64,000 bases of DNA from Tubulanus polymorphus (GCF_964204645.1 NC_134029.1:8830850-8894849), one strand, 5' to 3'. Positions 40,917-53,759 are shown, counted from the first letter of the stretch. The notes: generated from the letters alone by a model not told the origin. A program made the numbers and translations.

Positions 40917-43900
40917 ATTGATTCGGAAGCCTGGAAATTCAGTTCAGAAAGTTGATAGAAAACTAATTTTGATGAGGTAAGAATGAATGCTCGTCCTGCC
41001 ATTTGGCGGGATATATATATAAACTGGTGTCGCAGCCCCTAATTCAATATCAACCAGTATGCTACCATCCATAACTTGAGAAAACTAATAATAGTAGGGA
41101 GTATTCCGTACGTGGGAGTCATACTGGGTGCAGCCATATCGATTTTGACGGGACTTTTTTCGATTGTGATGACGGACTATTGTCAGCCCAGGAAAAATCG
41201 GGCCAACCACGAATGCGCGGTACATATTTTATTCTTTTTTTGCGATGGCGCAAGGTGTGAACCAGTAATAACATCGCACCGCCTGTGCTGGCGCTCACAG
41301 CGGTCAACTCGTAGAATCGCCGATTTATTGTCTCGTTAATCTAGACCCGTAAGCACCAACTACAACGAAGATTAATCCACCAGGAGTAATCTATACTCGC
41401 AGTTAATTCCACTGCTCGCGCATCAACGACGCTATAACAGGACCGCGGTTTAATTCGACCAATCAATGAGACGGATTATGTCCTTGTGATCGTCGAGAAC
41501 AATATGGCCGATAAACGTATCGTTACCGTATCGATGCAACGACTCTCTACTGTCTCACCCATAAAACTGTCGTATCTCAGAGAAGGAAAGTATATTGTCG
41601 TCATCGGGTCTAAAGTTTAATCGCTTCATCACCATAAACGAGTAACTTGATTGTTGTCTATATTTCCGGGTTTACAAGAAAAGATTGGTTTAGATTAAGG
41701 AACATTTTCATTGAGAATTCTAATGAATTCGCCGAGTTCAATTCTCACAATACAGCTCACGCGATACTATTTCTGGGAACATTTTCGGATATTGTTCGGT
41801 TCATTGGGAATGTATCTAATCAGATTGACATTCTACGGCATTGTCTGACTGTATAAACGTATTGTTACAGAGAACTACGTCTGGGGATTCGTAGTGAAGT
41901 CGTATCGGTAATGTGTCAGCGCTTCTCGAAAAGACGGGAGTTCTCGAATGCAAATTCAGAAATAAATATATAAAAAAGACGCATTCTAAAAAATGTCATA
42001 TTTTGAATCGATTATTATTATTATCATCATTACTATCAGTATTATTCTTTATTTGCGAATTAAATTACATTAGAAAATAACAGATGATTATATGGTAATG
42101 CAATATAAGATTATTGGAATTAAAATTGAGATGTGGTCACCGTAGTATCAAGACAGGTAATCCGATATCGAATTTCATGTATCTACACAACTGCATTTAA
42201 AAAAGGCCAGTTTGAAATACCATCAGACATAAACCTGATTGCTATTCTGTCGAGCTACTACAATATTTGCATTTCGTTCACGTTTTTCAATAAGAATATA
42301 ATATGTATGAATTCATTTTGTAAATAGAATTTACAATCGAGTGACAGGGACGTTAGACACAAATTATGTATCATGTATTACTTTGTATTTTCATACATAT
42401 CCATATACAGATTTGAGCATATGAGAATCATATACTTGAGCATTTGAGAATCAATCTCAAGCCAAAGTGTGCAGTATTTCCTATGAATCGTGTGAAATAT
42501 CTGTGTCTCGAGTTGTTCGGATAATGATAAGGAATCTCTTATAGCGTTTGTTCTTTGAAAAGCATTCCGATTCTCATCTTTATCAATAGAAAATGTGATG
42601 ATCAAACAAACAACGTTGGCCAACAACGATATGAAACAATTTGACGGATAGAAATATCTAAAATCTATCGCTCAATATATTTGATGATTATTCAATCTTC
42701 ATCTACACGGAAGGCAATGCTTTGTTTATATCATTACGGCTAATGTTAAAAAAATTACTTAATGAAACCTAATTTTTACGCCATCTTTCTACGATTTTAT
42801 CAATACTATCGACTAGAGATCAATCCGTCGTTTTAGAACACGCTGCCATTATTACGGAGACCATCAAACAAAGTCTCTCTATGTGATTTAACTCATCTTA
42901 AACAGCCTTAACAAAAAAAAAGAATAAGCAACAAGTTAGAACAGAAAGATTACACTAAGAAATTTTATCACTAACTACAATATGAAAGTGACAGTTGGCC
43001 TAAGATATGACCTTGGCTTTAAAATATGACCGAGGATTAAAAGGCGTAACGCGATGGTAGATTACAACGAAGAAAAACATCGAAAAACATTCACCCCTCG
43101 AGATCCCGAACATCATTCAAACTTCACAGTTTCCATGCATATTTAAACTTTCCACGCAGCCACAACCTTTAAGCATCGACTCGAGGAGCAACCGCTATTG
43201 AATTATTGAGAGCTTTCCTGTAAACATTGTAAACGAGTTTCGTTGAAAGGACGCATTACGAGAATCCATTCATCTTGTCATTGAGTAAATCACTTCCCAT
43301 CTTCTCTCAAAGATTTGACATTTGTCAATCTGTGGTTGTAAGTCCTCATTTCGGGCATATTTCTTCATAGGTGTCGCGCGAAATACATTATCAGCTATTA
43401 TGGGTAAAACATATTGGCTGGACAGAGGTATATAAAAACATAACCACCCGGGGTAACTTACCAATGAGAGCCTCAATGGGGTACCGGTACCGCTACTGTG
43501 GCAATCGAGGGTTTCTCTCATGGCAGGCGATCGGTTCACGGTTAGGCCTACTCGGTTATCGCAGTTCAATTTTTTCTACATTTCAATTATATTCGAATCT
43601 ACTTTTCTAATCGGCAAATCTTTTTTTCGTAAAACTATACCATATGCCCATCAGGGACGCTAAGCTTATATATATATATTTGATGACTTGTTTGACAAAA
43701 TTTCCTTTTGGGAGCCTTAAAATCCAGTTCGAAGTTCTTTGAAAACTAACTTTCACTATCTGTAACCGAGTGCGTTGTTGCGCCATCTGGTATGTGTCGG
43801 TACCCCATTAGAGTTATGCACTTATTGCTTAAACCATGGACTTTTCCTTTTAGACTCCGGGTTCGAACCCATCATCTTGGTCATACGGCATTGACTTACT

Positions 43901-44477
43901 CCCCGCCCGACTAGATCTCGTCATATTGCTATAGTAGTAACTCGTGCGGTACGATATCCTAAAGAATTCATTTAACTGCTCACATCCAATATGACGCGCT
44001 GTATATACGACACATACCGTATTATCTATTAACTCAGTTGTCAAAGTATTCTCAATGCTTACTATGAATATTGTGTTACATAACGTTATTACATTACGGT
44101 TGCCGGTGAGTGTGAAAAAAGAAAATACACTTTCGCATAAATCAAACGTAACTTCGAGCCCAGAACTAATTTGAATTCTCGCTGATATCTAGGAGACTGG
44201 TTTAGTTTAATTATGACGTATTGGAATGTTGCTGCCTCGGCTACGGCTTTGAGCCGGCATGAATACCGCGCAAATTAACGGTGGCTTACACGCAATAGGA
44301 AAAGCATCGGGAGATCAAAAAATGAGAAAAAATCTCTCGTTGCAGTCAGTGTTATAGTCGCCTGTTTCTGGTTGATGTCACCCGTCGACGCACAACAATG
44401 AAACGCACTGAAAAGGAATGAAAATTATGTAAGCGCCTTGGGGACAATTTTTGTGGAAAATGATCGAGGTTTTTTTC

Positions 44478-44760
44478 GAGTTACTGACCCGGAATGAACT
44501 AATTTTCTCAGTTAAAAATAATTTTCGAGGTTGATTTCGGGTTTGCTTCGCCAAAATATAGATTAGTTTCTCAGTTAAGAGTGATTTTGTATGTATGTTC
44601 TGAGTTAGCTAAATTTGGAATAAACATATCAAACATATTATATTCGGTAAAATTACTTTTCACTAAGAAAACTACGTAGTTTATTCATAGTTGCTAACTC
44701 GGAATTAAGCCCGGAAACTACTTTTAATTGAGAAAACTAGTTTATTCCGAGTTAGTCAAT
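44478..44760. mobile_element. Foldback MITE
   Basis: ccggaatgaactaattttctcagttaaaa at the left is inverted against ttttaattgagaaaactagtttattccgag at the right. Confidence 0.6.
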
Positions 44761-45100
44761 CGGCACAGATCTAAAAAACAGATCTGGATTTCATTTCCTT
44801 TAAAATGATGTATAAATTATCAAGTTAGGGACAGCAGAGCTTATTGATATTCTATCAGAACTTAAATTTCAAAAAACGAGCGGAAATTATCGCAACAATG
44901 GGGACCTCGAGGGAGCGCCACATAATGACGCCTAGAAACTGGAAACTCCTTTGTTCTACTAATACGATGGTGACAAATATATTTTTCTGAGAGCGTGTTA
45001 GCGGAAAACTTCTCAAACAAGAGCACTAGTACCAATGCAAGCATATAAATGAATCTGAAGAGAAATGTTGTTGTGTTATTTTTATACGTGGTCCGTGCAG

Positions 45101-45227
45101 TCCTATCGATTTGTATCGATCCGTTTGATGGAAAATATAATAAATACACTATAACAATAACGGTTATAGCTGCTAATTGCGTAGCGCTTGTTATTCGACA
45201 GGTGTTCGCTTCTCAGGATGCCGCAAT
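45101..45227 (+). CDS. Candidate signal-peptide exon of the receptor gene (tentative)
   Basis: gtgcAG|...at|GTaacc. Open frame LSICIDPFDGKYNKYTITITVIAANCVALVIRQVFASQDAA has a hydrophobic stretch and a possible VFA|SQ cleavage site. Its phase-2 end fits the phase-2 start at 47010. Splice sites are only moderate. Confidence 0.35.
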
Positions 45228-45545
45228 GTAACCGCGCGCTTAAAAACACCTGTCACCGTCTTAACGCATAAAAAAGAAATCGAAAATAAGAGAACAATAG
45301 GAAACCGGCAACGCCGTAGCGATGTTAGATCGAGTTCGTGTTGAGTCAGTCTTTCGTGCGTAGTTTCTTCGCACAAATTTCAATCTAAAATCTTTTTCCT
45401 GACAATCAACGCGTAATTACGTAGTTCGATTTTGTTTGGATTTTCACCCGCCCAATGTCTTTGAGATTCTTCGGCAGACACAACTTACACGAGAGTTCCT
45501 CCTGTGCCGAATGGTCACTCGTGTATTATTTCCCGTTGTTCGTAT

Positions 45546-45849
45546 CATCCCCCCACATCAGGGATTCAAACCTGGTGGCACCTGGACTCGCCCCATTAGC
45601 CCGAGTACGCGGCTACATGCGCAGCTTAGATGATGTGATTATCAACCAATCAGATATCCCGTTTTATTCTAGCCCGGGTTTTTTCCATTTATAGTTTTGC
45701 GTGAAATTTGCCTTATACAATGGGCAATCTGTTTGGTGTCGCAAGTATTCGCGCGGCAAACCTGCGCACCAGGTCTAGTGTAGCAGGGTTTCGTGCCGTG
45801 GCTGAGTCTAGCGATGCCATCAGGTTCGAATCCCTGTCGCGGAAGGATA
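45546..45849. mobile_element. Second full copy of the Mutator-like MITE, opposite orientation
   Basis: Both TIRs are present and the internal region is the reverse complement of 53905-54050; no clear TSD remains. Confidence 0.75.
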
Positions 45850-46143
45850 TAGATTTAACAGTATGATACTGAAAGAACAACTATTAGATTATGCGATATT
45901 ATCAAATCTAGTTAACCGGGCAAAAACTGACGCAGTTTCTGAGTTAACCTGTCGACTGAATTAAGAATCCAATTAGGCCTACACATCCTTTGAGACAAGC
46001 ATAGATAGTGCTGTCATTGCGTGAAAAATAAGCACGGATTAACGATCATCTCCTGACAATCTTACATCACTAAGATCTTGTAAATACATGGTCAATCGTA
46101 TAGATGATTATCCTCGAATGAAAAAATCGCATTGCATACTGAT

Positions 46144-46430
46144 TACGAGCCCCGGAGGTGACATGGTGAAGAAATTTTTTCGTGGGAACTAGGTAATCTT
46201 TTCGTTCGAACGAAATAATTTTTCCGTGGTCACGAAAATGCGTTACATGGAGACATGGTGAAAAGTATTGTTTTTTCTTTAATTCACTGTGGGTCAGGGT
46301 TAAATTAGATTATTTCGTTCCTGCGAAAAAGGTTTCGTTCCTACGAAAAAGGTTTCGTTCACATGAAATGATTATCTCCTTCCCACGAAAGGAAAGAAAC
46401 ATTTTTCACCTATTCACCTCTGGGCGTTGT
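46144..46430. mobile_element. MITE with internal TTTCGTTCN.ACGAAA repeats; related partial copy at ~63700-63880
   Basis: Termini tacgagccccggaggtgacatggtgaa / ttcacctattcacctctgggcgttgta; 63850-63880 ttcaccatgtcaccgccggggctc matches the terminus. Confidence 0.65.
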
Positions 46431-47009
46431 ACCGAGTGGCCTTTTTCTATGCTAGTAACACGAAGCTATGCTACCTTAATTTCGATTGTAACCGATACCA
46501 CAACGGTCGTTAGCACTGTGTTTTACGTTTAATTAAGACCGGCGGCTGAAGTTCATCAGCCATTTATTGAGTTTTAATGAAAGACTGTTACAAAACCCTG
46601 TTTTACGAATTGAAGTCGCATTTAAACGAAAGCGTGTTTACTAAAACTCCCTCGCACAGGGGTCAAGGTTTTCAACACGGATACAGGACAGGAAGAATAT
46701 GTTTATACCAATTCTATAACGTCACTGCAGGAATTAAATAATAGCTGATAGATTTATATTGTGGGCTTTTTGCAACCAATACCAATTATATATTTTAATT
46801 CGTTTTGGCACGGATTTTAAACGTTTTAAGGTCCACGAGTTTGATACACCCACCAATAAATCTCATTTGATTTAAATTTCGCCCTTACGTACTTACCGAA
46901 AATTCACTATACGATAGTTTCCGTTTTCAAACACATCCAGCGCATTTAGTCAAATATAAGACTTCTAAACGGGCTTATAATGATATGTGCTTGTGTTCTC
47001 TTTTTGCAG

Positions 47010-47134
47010 ACACCCGAAACAGAACAAGAACCGCCCAATAAACGCCACTCAACAACTGATTATCAAAAACGTATCGAACATATTAACTAGTCTAATGAAA
47101 GGATACCAGAAAACACTAAGACCAGGATACGGAG
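47010..47134 (+). CDS. GABA-A receptor alpha-like (GRD/CG8916-like) Cys-loop channel subunit, N-terminal helix exon
   Basis: Acceptor ttctctttttgcAG and donor GTactg. Encodes HPKQNKNRPINATQQLIIKNVSNILTSLMKGYQKTLRPGYG(G), matching the 'N.T.IL..L..GYD.RLRPG.G' start of GABA-A alpha subunits. Ends in phase 1, compatible with the next exon. Confidence 0.88.
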
Positions 47135-47852
47135 GTACTGTTGTTATCAATTTCATTATCATTTCTTTTTTGAAATAGTTGGCAGACACGTTCCGAAGTT
47201 TTGAATTCAAATTTATCTTTACGGTCAAAATGATCAGAAATGAGCTTTGATCCCAGGGTGAAATCAACCCACGCAATACAGTTGTAAGAATAGGTTCCGT
47301 GCACGTTAGGGGTGTAGCATTTTATCACGTACTTTTGTCCAAAAGCACTTATCTAAAAAGCTCTAATCACAAGATACAAAATTGAGGTTTTCCAATATGA
47401 CAGCCAATAAATATCACGATCTGTCAGAGGAAAATACGGCAGTTGTATTATTGGTTTGCGATTTTTTCCCTGTCAATACCGCGCAGACGGCTAAGCCACT
47501 GTCCTCGTGACACACTTCGTTTTTCGTCTCGCACCGTGTACACCACGCCGAGATTGTCCATTCATTCCGTATTTTCTGGTTAAGTGGTAGTCGGTGTTCG
47601 TCGGCTTGTCGTGTGTTGAAACAGAATCTCGACGGCGCGCGTCTGCTCCCCCTAATCCTGTTTCCTGCGAACATCAACGGTTTTTACATAAATCCGACGA
47701 CAGATATAACGTTAATATTCTGCACATGCCGTTCACAATTCCTCCGCGTATCCGACACGGAATCGTAAGATAGGAAGTGGCGTAAGTGGGCTGGTCCTGG
47801 AACCAAGGCTTGATAGGATTGTTATCAAATCCCTCAAAGTTGCCGATCTTTA

Positions 47853-48659
47853 AGTTTTATCTCTTCAATACTATGGAACTTTCTTCCAAAAATATATTTG
47901 GGAGAGTGGGTACTTCCAAAATATATTCGGGAGAGTGGGTCAGTTCAAATATTGAAGAAAACAAGGAGTCATCGTGAGATTTAGGAATGAATTTAAGTAT
48001 TTTTATTACTACGAAATATTTTTGATGGGTATGATTTTTTCTCACTCGCAGTGCAGTGAATACAACAGTAATACAACTGCCGATATTTTTACCGCATCTG
48101 TGCCCCCATCATCCGCACCCGGGACCGTATTCACTAAGCACGCCTTAGCCCACGTGTCACGTATGTGCGCCCGTGTTAGTTCCCAAGTCACGTAGAAGAG
48201 TCTCAATCACGAGGAACCAGTAACTTACGGCGTTTCACGAAGGTAACGGGCGCTTTAGTTTTATCTCTTCAATACTATGGAACTTTCTTCCAAAAATATA
48301 TTTGGGAGAGTGGGTACTTCCAAAATATATTCGGGAGAGTGGGTCAGTTCAAATATTGAAGAAAACAAGGAGTCATCGTGAGATTTAGGAATGAATTTAA
48401 GTATTTTTATTACTACGAAATATTTTTGATGGGTATGATTTTTTCTCACTCGCAGTGCAGTGAATACAACAGTAATACAACTGCCGATATTTTTACCGCA
48501 TCTGTGCCCCCATCATCCGCACCCGGGACCGTATTCACTAAGCACGCCTTAGCCCACGTGTCACGTATGTGCGCCCGTGTTAGTTCCCAAGTCACGTAGA
48601 AGAGTCTCAATCACGAGGAACCAGTAACTTACGGCGTTTCACGAAGGTAACGGGCGCTT
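47853..48659. repeat. Near-perfect 404-bp tandem duplication (47853-48255 and 48257-48659)
   Basis: Identical sequence at an offset of 404; the ORF track gives identical peptides at 47857/48261 and 47974/48378. Confidence 0.95.
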
Positions 48660-49539
48660 CGTGAATACAGTTCGCGCCCCGCGCCAGCGACCCTGCGCCT
48701 GCGCCCGCCTGGTGGAAAACCAGCCTGAACCTCGGTTTCAGCCGTAGGGAAATTACACTACAATCTCTAGGCTCTGCCATCCTTTTTAAGATAGTAATTT
48801 ATATATAATAAAAGTTCTTGTTACCATACTTCGCGTGCCCACCTTGCCGACTGTTAGGATTTGACACCCTTTTTCTTAAGTCCACGTTTCTTCGCTAAAA
48901 TATATTGAAATGGCGATTTCAAGGCAAGTGAACAAAAGTTTCAAAGATGAGAGATGATGTACGGTTAATTCAAAACTCTGTCGCGTCGTGAATCTAAGGA
49001 AGTATCCTGGAAACAAAAGATATATCAAAATAACTTCTAGGCTTCGTTGTATTGTTTACTTGACAATGCACAATTCTGTGCGTTCTAAACCAATAAACCA
49101 TTGACGCGGTAGACGTTCAAGGTTCCCGATAGCGGAAACCATTACATCGGTTAATACCGTAAAATAGACCGGGACGTATGTAAACGAGATTAACCGCGTT
49201 TACAGTAAATCCGGTTCTCTAGTACGAATGTATAAATCCCGATAAATCGTGATATAGTCTAATCCCCAACTGGCTTAGTAAATCATTTATATCCATTTAA
49301 CGGTAATCCTCGCACGGGACCGCTGGGCTTCGTGTTAACGTATCAGTTAAATATTGGCATATCGCAGACTATCATTCTAATGGTATTATTCAACGGGTGT
49401 CGAACGCAACGAGCAGAGGTGAAATGTTGCTACGAAGGTCGAGAGCAAAAAAAAACGACAACACAGGAACACAATTGATAAAACACTATATCCGTGTTGT
49501 TGCGATAATGTAGCGAGGATCACACAATAACAACAAATA

Positions 49540-49750
49540 CATTCCGAAAATATTACTGGAACTAGCAGTTTATTCGACGTTTCGACGATATTCTAATACG
49601 TAGTCACATTCGACTATATTCTAATAGTTACTACGGAATTTATTTCTGGATTAGATTTCATAATTTCTGTTGTAATTCAGTTTTCCTGAAGATGACTATT
49701 AGACGAAGCGTTGAGTAAACTCCTATAGCTCCAGTAAGATCTTCGGACTG
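49540..49750. mobile_element. Inverted pair of decayed Penelope-type hammerhead-containing repeats
   Basis: Left arm (reverse) gives ...tattagaatatcgtcGAAACGTCgaataaactgctagttccagtaatattttcgg. Right arm gives CTGAAGAtgactattaga.cgaagcgttgagtaaact...ctccagtaagatcttcgg. Confidence 0.5.
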
Positions 49751-51582
49751 TTTTTCGTTATTACTATGGGATTCTCTCTACAATAACAGAGGATGTCTTA
49801 TTCATGTCGGTTTCGCAGTCGTCGGAGAGGGAATTTTGGCCTATGACTACCTCGGTGTTTCACTCTTAAAGTTTGAGTTGCGGTGTTTGAAATTACTGTC
49901 TACATGTATTTGACGTAACACGATGGTTAAGCAACAAATCGAACTTAACTAACACCTTTGAGTGAAAGATGAATTACTCCAAGTGAAAACATAAACATTG
50001 ATTAGACTCCGCTCAATCCGATTAATTAAAGTTTATTAAAAATTATAATCCAGCCAAATCGTACTCTCTTAACTCGTCTTCAAATATATCTAATGAATCT
50101 TTTATCGACACCTTATTAAATGGAACCTCATTAGTATGATATTCGGTCGGAAAAACCATCGTACTAACCAAATTTCGAAGTAACCATTTGCATAATTACC
50201 TCAACGGACACACCATATAGAGAGGTATTTTATTGTATTGTGGTCATACAGCGCCACCACACGAGATTTGTTTAAGGATATATACTTAAGCCTAAAGACA
50301 TAATTAAGAGAGATCGTATTCATTAAAACATCATTCTAATTTTGCCCTTTCGCAATTTAACAATCTATTCAAACGTCATAATGCAAGTTCCATGATGGGT
50401 TTTTAAATGTCATTATTGGCCGTCGTACTTAGCGTGTTTATTTACTAAAGAAATAGGAGATCGTTGAATTTTACGTCATATCTAACGGTAATTTCGTGAT
50501 CGTACCAAGCAAACACTTTTGTGCTCAGGAAAATGCTATAAGTAAAGCCGGGAGTATTCAAATTTATCGTATTACTGAGGTTTTGTAAGCCGAATCGTAC
50601 TAACGAGGTTCGAATGACGTATCTCGGTACATGGACTAAAACCATCGCTATAGAAATAAGTTACGTCGGTTGATAGCTATACGTACGCTCGACTGGCTGT
50701 GAGTGGGTGTACGGGGCCGGAACCTTGTCGGCAATGATGAACGAGAACACCAATCGCTGACCAGCGCAGATGGTGTGCTTTAGTGTTATTACATTATCAA
50801 CTGTCTCTACTTTGTCAAGGTTTTATTGCTTGTTTACCCGAGCTGGTTAGTTCGTCGTGCGCGCTTCATTCTGTAACCGCCGGCAATGAGATGTTATATT
50901 GCCCGACACGCTGGCTTGATGTTCGCCGCGGCGGCTGAGATTAAAAAATGTGCCCGGTTTGCCTTGGCTTCCCTCTCTCCTCGCACCGTGTATATACGTA
51001 TATACGAACTGATGCTTTTTTAACCTCCGATGGGATACCGGTATCACCGGATGGCGCGACAAAACACTGGGTTATTCGTAGTGGAAATCAGTTCATTTTC
51101 AATGAAATGTGAAATTGGCTATTAGGCTGTCAAATACGAAAATTGTCAAACAAGTCGTTGCATAGATATAAAATACACTTTCTCACTCAGTTTTCAAAGA
51201 AAATTGATTTTCTAATGAGAAAAATAGATGAGAATGTAATGTAGAAGGACATTGAAGCTCCGTTTTACGAATTATGAATTTCGAATTATGAATTTATTCA
51301 CACTCAAACCATTTCCATGATATATGGAGGAAAAGAGCATTTACATGATTACAAAAAAGAAAATTATAGAAGCTCAGTGCAACTAGCGATCCTGGCGGGT
51401 TATCGCTGAATCCTCGCTTCCCTCAGTAGCGTTGCCAGTATCCCATCGGAAAATAAATATTTCAAAGCACATAATTGTGATGATGTCTATTCACAAAACA
51501 AAACATGATCAGTTTGTGCGAATAGGTTCAGACGGAAAAGCGAAAGATATATTTCTATTCTTCTGAGTGAATATCATCAAAG

Positions 51583-51682
51583 GATGGTTCGATTAGTCTT
51601 TCGCCCCTATACTTAAGTTCGACGACCGATTTTCATGTCAGAATCGCTACGAACCTCCACCAGAGTTTTCTCTTGCTTCGTC
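51583..51682 (-). rRNA. Isolated, diverged 28S (LSU) rRNA fragment (pseudogenic), intronic
   Basis: + strand GATGGTTCGATTAGTCTTTCGCCCCTATAC...GTCAGAATCGCTACG.ACCTCCACCAGAGTTT.CTCT.GCTTCGTC is the reverse complement of a highly conserved eukaryotic 28S segment. It carries several substitutions and has no flanking rDNA. Confidence 0.88.
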
Positions 51683-51796
51683 TGGTTCGAATGTACTCGT
51701 CCTGTTTGCATTAACCCCAGACGTTCATTCATTCATTTGTTTTTTTTTTCAAATTGCTAACTGTCCTGTAGAAGAATGTGCACCTATCCATTTCAG

Positions 51797-51864
51797 GGCC
51801 ACCAGTGATAATCAAATCCGACATTAACATCAGAAGCATGGGTCCCATTTCCGAGGCAGATATG
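51797..51864 (+). CDS. GABA-A alpha-like subunit, 68-nt exon
   Basis: tttcAG|...|GTgagt. Encodes (G)PPVIIKSDINIRSMGPISEADM; phase 1 in, phase 0 out. 68 nt is the size of the homologous GABA-A receptor exon. Confidence 0.95.
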
Positions 51865-52814
51865 GTGAGTATCACTTCGTCACTCGGGGACGGAAAATAG
51901 AATTTCAGTCGATGTCAAAGTGTCAGCCAGCGTGTTTCACCGTTTGTGGTTCACGTCTAGTAGAATTCAATCGGTAAACGGTAAACTCAAGTGAAAAAAG
52001 GGAAAAAAACATTAGCCTGTCAAACACGCGTCTAGCTCACGGGTGTAATGAAAAACTTAGTGAATTCCCACAAGATCGTCTTCTAAAGAGTCAATAATCT
52101 AGGTTTTTAAACTGAATAACCTCTGAGGAGTTCGGCGCGTCTAATCGCTACGATGGCGGTGACACTCAGGAAAAAGCGCGACTCTACCAGTATAACCGCT
52201 CTGCGGTAACAACATTCGTATACATGAAACACGTCACGTGAAACGAAATGTATGCGACAAAAACACGATATATATCGCCATATTAAAGTGTGATGGATTC
52301 TCTCAATGGTCCCATGTAAATTTTCCAGGCGTTGACTTGAAATATTTTCCACGTCTGGGGAGTAAGTGCTGTTCGCAGATAAGCACGGAGCGGAATCAAT
52401 TGTAAAGCCATTTCCAGTCCCCGGTGACGCACGCCAGTAGCGATTTACTCCCCTTTAAAGGCTATCATTGCGATATAGTGTAGTTTTACAATGACGTATA
52501 AATTACCGGCTTCATAATAAGTGTGTTCCACCAAATGAGTTATCCGTCTTGCCTTGTCCGTCGAAACTGAATTCGCCATAAATAAAGAGTCAAAAAGGGA
52601 GCATGAAAAATTTTGAATCTACCAGCGCTGACTCATTCGAAAATTTATACCAGTGAAACCCAATTCCTAAAGGTACATTCACAACCGACGATCAATAAGA
52701 TTAGTAGTATAAATAATCATATTCACATCAGAATACACAGTGACGAACACCATCCAACTTTTCGGTAAGCTTACTCGATGTAAAACTCCATCACAGTTTC
52801 GAGTTAGATTCTAG

Positions 52815-53392
52815 AGCCGCGATCACACGATTTGGCTCGGGCCAAATCGGCATGGATCAGGCCCGAGTCAAATTCAGCCCGTGCCTAATTAGAGAGCGCG
52901 TTCACACGTAAACCACTCATTCGATGCTCAACAATGCTTAAACGAATTGAACTACTTCCGAAACCAGTTGCAATTCACACGCAATTATTTGACCCCTGCT
53001 AAAATTCAGCCACGATCACACGAGCACACGAGCGTTTTTCGCTCGACCAAAAATTTCGGACCAGGCTTGAGCCAAATTTTATCACGGGACAAAATTTGGC
53101 AAAACTGGTTCCGGACATGACTCACTTCGCTTTGTTTAAGTATTGGTTAGACAAGTATCGAGTGTGTGCTTTACATGTGAGCCCGCTCTCTAATTAGACA
53201 CGGGCTAAATTTTGCAAGGGCCTGATCCGTGCCAGTTTGGCCCGAGCCAAAACGTCTCCGCGCGATCGTGACTTATGGCTCGGGCCTGGTACGACGTTTA
53301 TAGTGGGGCCAAATAGGTACGGGCCAGTGAGAACAGTGGCACCAGTGAGAACAGTGTTCCGGTCAAAAAATGCTTGACGTGTGGTCGCGACT
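52815..53392. mobile_element. PIF/Harbinger-like MITE with an internal long inverted repeat
   Basis: Termini AGCCGCGATCACACG / CGTGTGGTCGCGACT, flanked by TAG on both sides. ~52830-52940 is inverted against ~53130-53250. Extra terminal motifs at ~53008 and ~53260-53273. Confidence 0.7.
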
Positions 53393-53538
53393 TAGAAGCC
53401 TAGAATCAATCATTTTGGACTCTCTATATAACTATGAAACTGATAACTATTTGAATCTTATCACCTGCTACCATTGTATATTGATAATTAAAATGGATTC
53501 AAGGCATAGATTATTATTGACGAAAATCCCGTTTGCAG

Positions 53539-53759
53539 GCTTATTCGATGGACTGTTATTTCCGACAAACGTGGGAGGACGATCGGCTGCGATTCCGAGG
53601 ACCGATGCCGATGTTGTCAGTGCACAACGTTATTTTAGAGAAAATCTGGAAACCCGACACATATTTCACGAACGGGCGAGGGGCGTACGTACACACGATA
53701 ACAACTCCTAACAAACTACTGCGAATCTATCAAAATGGTACTGTACTTTACTCGATGAG
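53539..53759 (+). CDS. GABA-A alpha-like subunit, 221-nt exon (loops D, A, E)
   Basis: tttgcAG|...|GTaagc. Encodes AYSMDCYFRQTWEDDRLRF...IWKPDTYFTNG...TITTPNKLLRIYQNGTVLYSM(R), containing the FRQTW and WxPD Cys-loop receptor signatures. Confidence 0.97.

Noticed and set aside
41076-41339. ORF with a transmembrane-like segment (IIVGSIPYVGVILGAAISILTGLFSIVM)
   Set aside because: TTG start, no convincing splice sites and no recognisable homology.
43850-43895. Isolated GGTTCGAACCC B-box strings (also ~32934, 38984, 56419, 59820)
   Set aside because: No cloverleaf or A box; at most decayed SINE remnants, not tRNA genes.
46300-46390. Short repeated units (tttcgttcctacgaaaaagg) resembling a CRISPR array
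   Set aside because: No unique spacers, eukaryotic context, and internal to a MITE.
47857-48599. Two pairs of identical ORFs that suggest duplicated genes
   Set aside because: By-product of the 404-bp tandem duplication inside an intron.
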